A stretch of DNA of 32,396 nt from a virus (lineage: Duplodnaviria; Caudoviricetes). Positions within the stretch are counted from its first letter, which is position 1. Each line of letters starts with the position of its first letter. The stretch spans positions 1 to 32,396 of IMG/VR virus record IMGVR_UViG_3300032281_000691; one strand, written 5' to 3'. Below the pieces are notes generated by a model, which was given only the letters and a program-made list of their open reading frames with translations, did not search any database and was not told the origin of the DNA. Made by a program: the position numbers and the translations under genes. Positions 8,778-16,870 of this stretch are shown here, piece after piece.

Positions 8778-9727
8778 TATTTGAATTCACATCTCATCAT
8801 TAGTTCGGTCATACATGCTACTAGATTGATTTCCTGATCCGCAGCGAAGGAAGACTTGTATTGGTACTCAGCAAGCACTAGAACCGCTTCAGGGATGCTA
8901 GGAGGACTCAGGAAGTCATATAGACTGTCGTACACCTTACGGAAGATCTCTGTCTGGGAATTGTCTAGATTCATTACCACCCACTTACGAACCGCTCCAA
9001 AGTCCTTGGAACGCATCGCAGCGATAAGAGTCTTCATATCCAGTTCCACGAAATTGGACAGGATGCCCTCATCGATTACACCAGAGACAGAATACCTCTG
9101 AAGTTCATTAATAATCCTACGGAAGTCGGGAAAATGCTTCGCAATTAGCTGTGCCAAAACGGCAGAATCACTAACCTTGATCTTCTCCTTCTCCAGAATC
9201 ATATTAATTCTTCCGAGCATCTTTAGAGCAAGTGCAGGTTTTTCCTTCTGTGGAATCTTAAACTCAATGCAAGTACACCGAGAATGAATTGGTTCTATAA
9301 TTCTGCTCTTGTAATTACAAGTAAGAATAAATCGGCAATTATTGGAGAACTCTTCAATCGCACCTCGTAGAGCAGGTTGAATGCTCTGTGCGTTTGAATA
9401 GTCAAACTCATCCAAAATAACTGTCTTCTTGGATTCTGAAAGGGATACGGTACTAGCAAATTGGCGAATATCAGTTCGTAGAGTATCAATATTTCCATTT
9501 TCGGAACAATTGATAATCATTGAATCAACACCGATATCCTTGCAAAGTGCTTTAGCAACGGTAGTCTTACCGATACCGGCAGTACCCGATAGAAGAAGGT
9601 TTTGGGGTTCCCCACGCTTCACCATGTCTAGGAAAGTCTTCTTCAACTCCCCCGGAAGAATACAATCTTCAATTGTCTGTGGGCGATACTTCTCCACCCA
9701 CAGAAACTCATTCTCTTTGTTTTGCAT
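8777..9727 (-). CDS. gp44: Clamp loader AAA+ ATPase subunit gp44 (RFC-like)
   Basis: LWVEKYRP, Walker A GTAGIGKTT, Walker B ILDEFD, SRC motif (IHSRC), FPDFRR. Confidence 0.97.
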   Translation of the reverse strand: MQNKENEFLWVEKYRPQTIEDCILPGELKKTFLDMVKRGEPQNLLLSGTAGIGKTTVAKALCKDIGVDSMIINCSENGNIDTLRTDIRQFASTVSLSESKKTVILDEFDYSNAQSIQPALRGAIEEFSNNCRFILTCNYKSRIIEPIHSRCTCIEFKIPQKEKPALALKMLGRINMILEKEKIKVSDSAVLAQLIAKHFPDFRRIINELQRYSVSGVIDEGILSNFVELDMKTLIAAMRSKDFGAVRKWVVMNLDNSQTEIFRKVYDSLYDFLSPPSIPEAVLVLAEYQYKSSFAADQEINLVACMTELMMRCEFK

Positions 9728-9730
9728 ATA

Positions 9731-10423
9731 TCACTCAGTATACGTCGAACCAGTTTCCATTGCAAACCAATACTTAAGATCCGTATTGACATTTACAAAT
9801 TCGGCAACAGTATTCTTTGCAAAATTAATGTCATAATCGCCGGCAAGCAACTTAATGTTCTGAATTTGGAAATTGAACTTGAAGTCTGCATCACCATCGT
9901 AATCACCAACACCAACTTCATAACTATTGGCGGTTGGATCCTTTAGATCAGTAACTCGTGCAACAATAGAACCTTCCTTATTCACAAAAGAAAGATCCGG
10001 AAGTTGCATAACCGCGGACGCCTTCTGAATTTGTGTAAAGTCAGAACCGGAAAGAGTGGCACTAACCACAGTCTCTGGCATGTTTACATTCTTGGTGGGG
10101 GTAGTAAGTAGCTTTGGTTCAGAGTAAAAATACTTTACCTTCTGTGAACCTCCGCCGGAGATAAGAACATACTTCTCCATAAATTCAAAGTTCGGATTGG
10201 TAAAAAGACTAATCACTCCAAGGAACTTATTAAGATCCCAGATACCAAATTCAGTATCGAATGTCTCTGTAACCTTTGCCTCTGCCATTCCATTCTTTGA
10301 AGGGGTAATTGTCTTGATAACATTACCGGGCTTCACAAGAATATTTGAATTCAAGCTTGCGAAGTTCTTGAGAATGGAAAGGGTTTCCTTTGAAAAATTA
10401 ATCTTTGTTGTTGTAGTTGTCAT
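9731..10423 (-). CDS. gp45: Sliding clamp gp45
   Basis: SKETLSILKNFASLNSNI, FGIWDLNKFL, YWFAME. Start adjusted to the ATG at 10423 behind GAGGA. Confidence 0.95.
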   Translation of the reverse strand: MTTTTTKINFSKETLSILKNFASLNSNILVKPGNVIKTITPSKNGMAEAKVTETFDTEFGIWDLNKFLGVISLFTNPNFEFMEKYVLISGGGSQKVKYFYSEPKLLTTPTKNVNMPETVVSATLSGSDFTQIQKASAVMQLPDLSFVNKEGSIVARVTDLKDPTANSYEVGVGDYDGDADFKFNFQIQNIKLLAGDYDINFAKNTVAEFVNVNTDLKYWFAMETGSTYTE

Positions 10424-10424
10424 A

Positions 10425-10604
10425 TTATTCCTCGAAATCGTCATCGAAGTCGTCATCATACTCTCCCGAATTTATGTTGTCAACATATTCTTGTAAATCC
10501 TTTTTTACATTTCGCTTACGGGAAGTATTTTCCTTATCAATAGATCCACGGTCTTTGCGACGAAGTGGTCTTTCATCCCTGTCTCGGTCATAATCTCGTT
10601 TCAC
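10425..10604 (-). CDS. Hypothetical 59-aa protein with basic N-terminus and acidic C-terminus (absent from the ORF track)
   Basis: GTG start at 10604 behind GAGGAG; MKRDYDRDRDERPLRRKDRGSIDKENTSRKRNVKKDLQEYVDNINSGEYDDDFDDDFEE; fills the rnh-gp45 gap with 1-nt spacers on each side. Confidence 0.78.
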   Translation of the reverse strand: MKRDYDRDRDERPLRRKDRGSIDKENTSRKRNVKKDLQEYVDNINSGEYDDDFDDDFEE

Positions 10605-10605
10605 A

Positions 10606-11451
10606 TTAAAACTCCTCTATTACTGAAATAAGGTTCTTTAGTTTATTATTGATCATATAGGGCAGAACCTTGGACCTATCTGATACAACTGTAGGTTTTT
10701 CGTATTCTTCCATAATTCTATTCTCAATGTGTTGGGGAATGCATGTAAAATCAATAAGAGTGCTATTTCTATCCCAATTTCTAGAAATAGCATGATCCTC
10801 AAACCGAGGAGCAGTGTTCATCATCTGCTCTATACGCTTTGCAGTTAGACGATTCTGCCTCTTTTGATCCTCAACGAAAACATCATCATCGGAAAGAATA
10901 TTGGGGATACCATCTGAAGAATCACCACGAAGAATGTGTTCTAGAAGAAAGAACTTTGGATTTCGACATTCTAAAAACTCCTTTTTCATGGTGCTGTATT
11001 GCTTAACATTGGGGTAGACTTGAAGTTGTTGAAAGTCCTTATCGTTGGAGACAATGACAATCTTTTCTCTGTGTGAATTATTCTTAACAAGAACTGCAAT
11101 AATATCATCTGCTTCGCAGTTTTCTACACGCATATTCTTGTATGGAAAATTATCACGAACTTCATCGCGCACAATGTTTAGAATACGATAGATTTCATCC
11201 CAATCATATTCGGATTCGGAATGACTCTTTGATCTGTTTGCCTTATATTGTGGGAAATATTGCTTACGCCAAGAGTTAGAAGAATCCTGACAAATAACAA
11301 GTTCCCCATATTCTTCGTTGAACAACCTACGAATCATTCTATATGAATTCAATACCTGATGACGAATGAGATCTTCGGTTACATTTGGATCATTCTTAAG
11401 ACCAACAAAAATACTTGCAAGAATGATCTGATTATTATCTAGCAAAATCAT
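10606..11451 (-). CDS. rnh: T4 RNase H (5'-3' exonuclease, FEN/PIN fold)
   Basis: MILLDNNQI, WRKQYFPQYKANR, EADDIIA, IVSNDKDFQQLQ, GDSSDGIPNILS. Confidence 0.96.
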   Translation of the reverse strand: MILLDNNQIILASIFVGLKNDPNVTEDLIRHQVLNSYRMIRRLFNEEYGELVICQDSSNSWRKQYFPQYKANRSKSHSESEYDWDEIYRILNIVRDEVRDNFPYKNMRVENCEADDIIAVLVKNNSHREKIVIVSNDKDFQQLQVYPNVKQYSTMKKEFLECRNPKFFLLEHILRGDSSDGIPNILSDDDVFVEDQKRQNRLTAKRIEQMMNTAPRFEDHAISRNWDRNSTLIDFTCIPQHIENRIMEEYEKPTVVSDRSKVLPYMINNKLKNLISVIEEF

Positions 11452-11486
11452 GTTTATAGTATATCACAAATAAATTAAATAGTCAA
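11452..11486 (-). promoter_or_regulatory. Sigma70-type promoter with extended -10 for a leaderless rnh transcript
   Basis: TTGACT (11481-11486), 17 nt, TGa-TATACT (11458-11463), 6 nt, ATG; no Shine-Dalgarno. Confidence 0.8.
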
Positions 11487-11797
11487 GTAGCAACCCAATG
11501 AAGACCATCATTATCACAAACTCTAGTATAAAGAAGTCCTACATCCGGATTAAACCAACGGTCACCTTCTGAAGAAACTTCAGGTTCTTCTGTTTGACAA
11601 TAAAATGTTGGTGTTGATGTTAATTTTTCCCATCCACTATTCTTAAATAATGGATTACTTCCCATTATATTTTTTGTGGCAATATAATTTATTCCATTGT
11701 AAGTAACCACAGAACCTTTGGCATATTCAATTAAACGACCATTTGGATCGTATTTTCTATAGTTTCCTACAAAATTTAAGTTATCTGCTTCGTTCAT
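11483..11797 (-). CDS. Small protein with a CBM5/12-like module and a phage fibre-type GDxWF repeat
   Basis: YAKGSVVTYNGINYIA...P....GW resembles chitin-binding type 3 modules; P....GDRWFNPDVGLLY...WVA resembles repeats in phage tail fibres; ATGA overlap with the upstream gene. Confidence 0.55.
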   Translation of the reverse strand: MNEADNLNFVGNYRKYDPNGRLIEYAKGSVVTYNGINYIATKNIMGSNPLFKNSGWEKLTSTPTFYCQTEEPEVSSEGDRWFNPDVGLLYTRVCDNDGLHWVAT

Positions 11798-12870
11798 TTT
11801 TGACTACTCAGGAATAAACAATGTTCGTTAATTCTTGATTTTGGTTTGGACTCTTTAGTATTTATAGAAGAAAATAATGTTTCAGTATATTTAAAGTTTA
11901 CAGAATTTAAGTTATTAATTTTAATAAACTTATCGAATCCACGAATCTTCTTAATACTTGATTTTTCTTCATCTACACCCAAAAGAGTAGTTCCCTTGAA
12001 TGAAAGCGTTTCGTTTGTTTTTGATTTATAGATTGTTAGTGATTTGGTCTTAATATTCAATACGACCACAGAAGAACAACCAACAATCTGCTCCGGTTTC
12101 ATGGAATTAATACCATTAAAGGATGGGAGATATTTGACCTTGGATGCAATTTGTTGTGGGGTCTTATTCTTTTTCTTTCTTGGCTTACGATTTTGTCGCT
12201 TTTCCTGAATCTTTGAATTGTAATAATTCAAAAGTTCTTCTTGTGTTTCAATGTAAGAAACCAATTGTGATTTAGTAAAGTACGAATACCCCTCTACCAA
12301 TTGATCATCCTTCTTATCCCTCGCAAGGTACAACTCATTTAACTTGTCTTCTATAAAATGAATAACCTCTGTATAAAAAGCAGGAGTAATTTCAAACTTA
12401 TCACAAGTTTTCTTTACATTGATATCTTTCTTTTTCTTTTTCTGAATTAGGGTAGAACATTCATCAATGAAAATATTAATATCTACAAGATGCTTGCACA
12501 ATGTATCTGCAAACCTCTTTGTTCGTTCTTCTATTGACTTATTCTTACTCTTTAGATAATCGGCATATTTGTTTTCTAACTTAAGTAGGAAATCATCAAA
12601 TATCTTCTTTTCAGTTTCTGGTATTGAAATGCCACGATATAGCATTCTTGCCCAGATACCGAATGGAGTATAATCTTTCGTTTTACCGTGAGAATAGATC
12701 ATAGGATCTCTCTTAAGATTGGCAACATATTCCGTCACCCATTTCTTATGATCCTTGGATGTGCTGATACCACGATAGGTATTATATGCGTTATAAACCT
12801 CTGCCTCGTACTCCTTAGCATCAATTGATGGAGCGGGAGTTGGTTCTTCAAATGTTTTTTTCTTTGCCAT
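11794..12870 (-). CDS. Conserved hypothetical protein of T4-like phages, Lys-rich
   Basis: QLVEGYS, RKPRKKK, SKVKY, SMKPEQIVG, LSFKGTTLLGVD and RINEHCLFL resemble an uncharacterised family of aquatic T4-like phages. Confidence 0.7.
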   Translation of the reverse strand: MAKKKTFEEPTPAPSIDAKEYEAEVYNAYNTYRGISTSKDHKKWVTEYVANLKRDPMIYSHGKTKDYTPFGIWARMLYRGISIPETEKKIFDDFLLKLENKYADYLKSKNKSIEERTKRFADTLCKHLVDINIFIDECSTLIQKKKKKDINVKKTCDKFEITPAFYTEVIHFIEDKLNELYLARDKKDDQLVEGYSYFTKSQLVSYIETQEELLNYYNSKIQEKRQNRKPRKKKNKTPQQIASKVKYLPSFNGINSMKPEQIVGCSSVVVLNIKTKSLTIYKSKTNETLSFKGTTLLGVDEEKSSIKKIRGFDKFIKINNLNSVNFKYTETLFSSINTKESKPKSRINEHCLFLSSQK

Positions 12871-14426
12871 TACTCTTTATAGAATACAAAAACTGGTTCG
12901 TATTTCAAGTATGTATTATTAACTTTGCAATAATTTTTACACTTTGGTTTGCCGTCTGAGTCTAGTCTATTTTGTCCCGGCATTCCTTCCATTGCCATCT
13001 TCATCGTTTCGACATATTTCATTCCCAAACTTTCCAAAATATCTCTAGAATCTTTTTCTAGTGGCAAATATTTACCGCCAATTTGAATATCTGCAATATT
13101 CCAAAGAAGATAACGATCTTTCTTCAACCATTTAACACATGTTTCTAGTGTCGGTCTTAAAAATCCATCTCGCCAAGAATCATAATTAGAAAACTTCTTA
13201 TATGACTGTGTATTATCATTTGAATATGCCTCTCTATTGAAATAGGGAGGAGAAGTAAATACAAGATCTACTTCCTTTGAAATATGTTTTCCTATTTCCT
13301 CAGAACCATACTGATACAACTCAAAGGTATGGGTGTCGCTAAAGAAAGAGTTACCTCTATATGTTCTAGTATTATAGAAGTTTGCTAAGTTGTGGTATTT
13401 TGACGAATTCTCTGAAAACCAGTTTTCGCTATTTGGATCAGTTCCGATATAGTGTATGCGAACACGATCAGACATAGACATGCAACCGAGAAGACGACCA
13501 CCCCAACCGCTAGAAGGGTCGTAAATAGTAAGTAACTTATTTCCTGTAATATGAGAAGTATATTTTTCATAAAGAAACTTTGCAGTAAGAGGTGGGAAGT
13601 TCACCGCAGGTTGAATATAACCAATCCTAAACGAAGGAAAACACTTTGGAAATATTCGTTGTCCCTTTTCATACACTCTAATATGGAAAACATCATCACT
13701 CTCGATGTTATGTATGTCAAAGGTTGAGTAATGACGATAAGAAAGTTTAGATTTCCACTTAAGAAATAAATCTTTGTCAAGAGACAGTATTCTAGATTGT
13801 TCTAGTTGAAAATAACCAGTATTCAGTCCATTCTTCTTCTTGTTCTTTTCTAGAATAAAATCATAACCCTGAAATATTTCAGGACTACTAAAGAATGCTT
13901 CCATCCATTCGTCGCCAGTAGATACATCAATGATTGAATATTTTGGATCGTTCTTAATTGAAGATAGAGCAAAATTATAGAAGGAATCTCTACGAATATG
14001 TCTCTTTGCACCCTTGATCATTCTAGGAAGATACTTATCATCCGCAAATAAATCATAGATTGAGTAACCAGTATCATTTTCGCTATAATTAATTCTGGTC
14101 TTGTACATATTAGAAAAGAACTGATCTGCTTCAGATCCAATTCTTGATTTATTGATAATTACATCTTTTGTTCCGGTTATCTCATCAACAAATTCAAATT
14201 GATGAATCGGATAACTAACAAGTTTATTAAACTCATCAATTATTTCTTGTTCGTTTTTACCAGTACGCGGGGGACAACCATAGGTATCCCATATATCAAG
14301 AATAGTTTTACGCATCTTCTTGACCCAATCTTCAAATTCGGGTTCAGTCATAGAAACAATGTCTTCATAAAAGACATTGATATCACTATTTAAAACATAT
14401 TCGTTCCGTTCGTAAAATGGTTTCAT
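12870..14426 (-). CDS. SAM-dependent amino-methyltransferase-fold protein (SPPY type; N4-cytosine/N6-adenine DNA MTase-like) with a long N-terminal extension
   Basis: Motif I-like YDPSSGWGGRLLG, YIGTDPN, motif IV DLVFTSPPYF, LLWNIAD, YEPVFVF. Start adjusted to the ATG at 14426 (MKPFYERN), an ATGA overlap with the PLP-enzyme stop. Confidence 0.85.
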   Translation of the reverse strand: MKPFYERNEYVLNSDINVFYEDIVSMTEPEFEDWVKKMRKTILDIWDTYGCPPRTGKNEQEIIDEFNKLVSYPIHQFEFVDEITGTKDVIINKSRIGSEADQFFSNMYKTRINYSENDTGYSIYDLFADDKYLPRMIKGAKRHIRRDSFYNFALSSIKNDPKYSIIDVSTGDEWMEAFFSSPEIFQGYDFILEKNKKKNGLNTGYFQLEQSRILSLDKDLFLKWKSKLSYRHYSTFDIHNIESDDVFHIRVYEKGQRIFPKCFPSFRIGYIQPAVNFPPLTAKFLYEKYTSHITGNKLLTIYDPSSGWGGRLLGCMSMSDRVRIHYIGTDPNSENWFSENSSKYHNLANFYNTRTYRGNSFFSDTHTFELYQYGSEEIGKHISKEVDLVFTSPPYFNREAYSNDNTQSYKKFSNYDSWRDGFLRPTLETCVKWLKKDRYLLWNIADIQIGGKYLPLEKDSRDILESLGMKYVETMKMAMEGMPGQNRLDSDGKPKCKNYCKVNNTYLKYEPVFVFYKE

Positions 14427-15154
14427 GCGCCTACATTCCAAAACAGAGCACCCGGTTTTGCGTATTGCTTCATAAAGGCCCATGCTTTGGCGTCATATGT
14501 GGGGGCGGAAGGAAAGGGAGGAGCATCAGCCGCTGCGACGGCCTGAAAGAAAGGAATGGCACACTTGAACATTTTTGCTCTCCCTAACTCCTTCGCCCCC
14601 ATTTTATGACCAACAGACACACAATTAAATTCAGCATTAGGCCATGCGGCCTGTAATCCTCTAGTTAGAGTTCCGCTCGATCCTACTGTCCAGACTTCTT
14701 TCGGTTGAACAGGAAGTTGTCTAGCCAGATCCCGTATGGAGTCCAATACCTCTGGACAATCAAACCCAATAGGAAACAATTTACGAGTAAAAGGATCTGA
14801 GTTAACATAATCACGCGCTCTTTTCTGAGTTACAGATAGCATACCGTTCTCTACCCAGTTCATTGTAGCACCGTATGATATTGCTTTCAACTGGTAAGGA
14901 TGAAGATTCTCCATCTTTCTTTTTGCCATAAACAATATACATTTCTTATTGAAATGCTGACATACTCTTGCCAACGATATCTGAGCATAACCAGTTGCAG
15001 GCGAAGAACCATAAACCAATTCATCGCCGACAAAATCCTTCACTAACGATTGAACAAATCTAGTTTTTGAACCACCATCAATAAGATCATCACGGACTAC
15101 TAAAAATCCATCATGTTCCATAATTACAGGAGGGGGATTTAATTCATCAATCAT
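14423..15154 (-). CDS. PLP-dependent enzyme, fold type II (ACC deaminase/D-cysteine desulfhydrase-like), compact phage form
   Basis: VVRDDLIDGGSKTR (Schiff-base Lys), VGSSGTLTRG phosphate loop, PTYDAKAW, LFWNVG. Confidence 0.85.
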   Translation of the reverse strand: MIDELNPPPVIMEHDGFLVVRDDLIDGGSKTRFVQSLVKDFVGDELVYGSSPATGYAQISLARVCQHFNKKCILFMAKRKMENLHPYQLKAISYGATMNWVENGMLSVTQKRARDYVNSDPFTRKLFPIGFDCPEVLDSIRDLARQLPVQPKEVWTVGSSGTLTRGLQAAWPNAEFNCVSVGHKMGAKELGRAKMFKCAIPFFQAVAAADAPPFPSAPTYDAKAWAFMKQYAKPGALFWNVGA

Positions 15155-16866
15155 AGCATTCTACTAAAATTGTTTTTCTTTTCGAATGAAATTGTATTTT
15201 GAAACTTATCAGCAAGTTGATCTGATTTGTGACTAATCACATAGATGTTCGATTTATCACTTACAGAATTTAAAAGTTTCATCAATTCTTCCATACCTAA
15301 AGTGTCCAGAGAAGAATCAAATACTTCATCAAGAATCAAAAGATTACAATTAACACTATTCTTTGCCCTGGCAATTTCTCTCCAAGCAAGTAAAAGTGCC
15401 AAATCAATTCTCATCTTTTCACCTTCGCTGAAATTCATATAACTCATTTCATCCCGATGACGACTCTTAATAGTTTCATTAAAATCTTCATCTAAAATAA
15501 ATTGCACGAAGAAATCCATAGAAGTTAAAAACTTGTTAATGTACTTATTCATAAAGGGAAGATAATACTTGATAATCTTTGCCTTTACTCCAGAGTCCTT
15601 TAGAAGATCAGAAGCATATTGATAATAGTGCTCCTCATCTTTCATTTCAATCTTCTTGGTTTCCATTTCGACTAAAGAAACCTTCATGGATTCTAACTTT
15701 CCCTTTTCTAGAATAATTTCTTCAGTTGAAATATTTGCCTTTTTTAAATCTTCAGAAAGGGTTTTTAGAAACTTCTTTCCATTATCAATTGATGTTTTCT
15801 TTTGAAGAAGTTGAATGTTCTTGGTTTGAACAAATGAAGAAGAAGTATTAATTTCTTCAACACGAGCATTATATTCCTGAATAGTTTTTTCTAATTCAGA
15901 AATTGCTTTTTCGTATTCTTCTTTCTTCTTATTTCTTTTCTTCAATTCCTTCTCCTTTACTTCTGAAGTAATTGATTGACAACAAGAAGGACATGTTTCG
16001 TTTTCTGTAAAGAAACTAATATCTTTAGAAAGCGAAGATAAGTTAACTCCAATCTTGGTTTTAAGAGTTTTAATTTCAGTTAACTTATCAAATACATTAT
16101 CTTTATCCTCTATAGAAGACAGTGTAATTGCTATAGATTTTTCTAATTCAGAGATATCATGTAAAAGATCAGCCAATTCAGATTCTATCTTTTGAATCTT
16201 TTCATTGGTATGTTCTATATCTTTATTGCTTCTAGTCTCTAAACTATTGATTAGATCATTCTTTGAATTAATCTTTTCTTTTTGAATCTCTATACTATTG
16301 TTTAACTCTCTAAGATTTTCTTTAAGAGCAGATAGTTTTCCCTTCAAAATCATATTCATAGAACTAAAAACATTGATATCCAAAATATTTTCAATAACTG
16401 CTCGGCGATCAGATGCATTTAATTGCATGAAAGGGACAAAAGATGAACTACCAAGAATCACCACTTGTGTGAATGTTTTGTAATTCATTTTAAGAATTTG
16501 TTCTTCCAGAACAGACTGATAATCTACACTCTTGGCATCTTGATTTAGAAGTTCACCATTTCTATGAATTTCAAATATCTTTGGGTTTAATCCTCTACGA
16601 ACAATATATTGTTCATTGCCCTTTGCAAATTCAATTTCAACTAAACAATTTTTAGAATTAATAGAATTTGCAAGTTGAGGAATATTAATCTTACGAAATG
16701 GTTTTCCAAACAAAGCAAAAGTAATAGAATCTAAAAAAGCAAAAGACTTACCACTCCCATTGCTTCCGCAGATGAGAGTGGTATTATTTTTGTCTAGATT
16801 CAATTCCGTAAAGGTATTACCAAAAGAACCAAAGTTCTTAAATTTAACCTTAGAAAATTTTATCAT
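15151..16866 (-). CDS. gp46: Recombination endonuclease ATPase subunit gp46 (Rad50/SbcC-like)
   Basis: Walker A GSNGSGKS, FTQVVILGSSSFVPFMQL, coiled coils with CPSC zinc hook, FSEGEK signature, LILDEVFD, ISHK. Confidence 0.96.
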   Translation of the reverse strand: MIKFSKVKFKNFGSFGNTFTELNLDKNNTTLICGSNGSGKSFAFLDSITFALFGKPFRKINIPQLANSINSKNCLVEIEFAKGNEQYIVRRGLNPKIFEIHRNGELLNQDAKSVDYQSVLEEQILKMNYKTFTQVVILGSSSFVPFMQLNASDRRAVIENILDINVFSSMNMILKGKLSALKENLRELNNSIEIQKEKINSKNDLINSLETRSNKDIEHTNEKIQKIESELADLLHDISELEKSIAITLSSIEDKDNVFDKLTEIKTLKTKIGVNLSSLSKDISFFTENETCPSCCQSITSEVKEKELKKRNKKKEEYEKAISELEKTIQEYNARVEEINTSSSFVQTKNIQLLQKKTSIDNGKKFLKTLSEDLKKANISTEEIILEKGKLESMKVSLVEMETKKIEMKDEEHYYQYASDLLKDSGVKAKIIKYYLPFMNKYINKFLTSMDFFVQFILDEDFNETIKSRHRDEMSYMNFSEGEKMRIDLALLLAWREIARAKNSVNCNLLILDEVFDSSLDTLGMEELMKLLNSVSDKSNIYVISHKSDQLADKFQNTISFEKKNNFSRML

Positions 16867-16870
16867 AATA

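Noticed and set aside
14427-14483. Longer N-termini in the ORF track for the MTase, and likewise gp45, gp17, rfbH, 4448-5125 and 7590-7967
   Set aside because: Downstream ATGs with RBS or stop-start overlaps fit better; the extensions overlap upstream genes.
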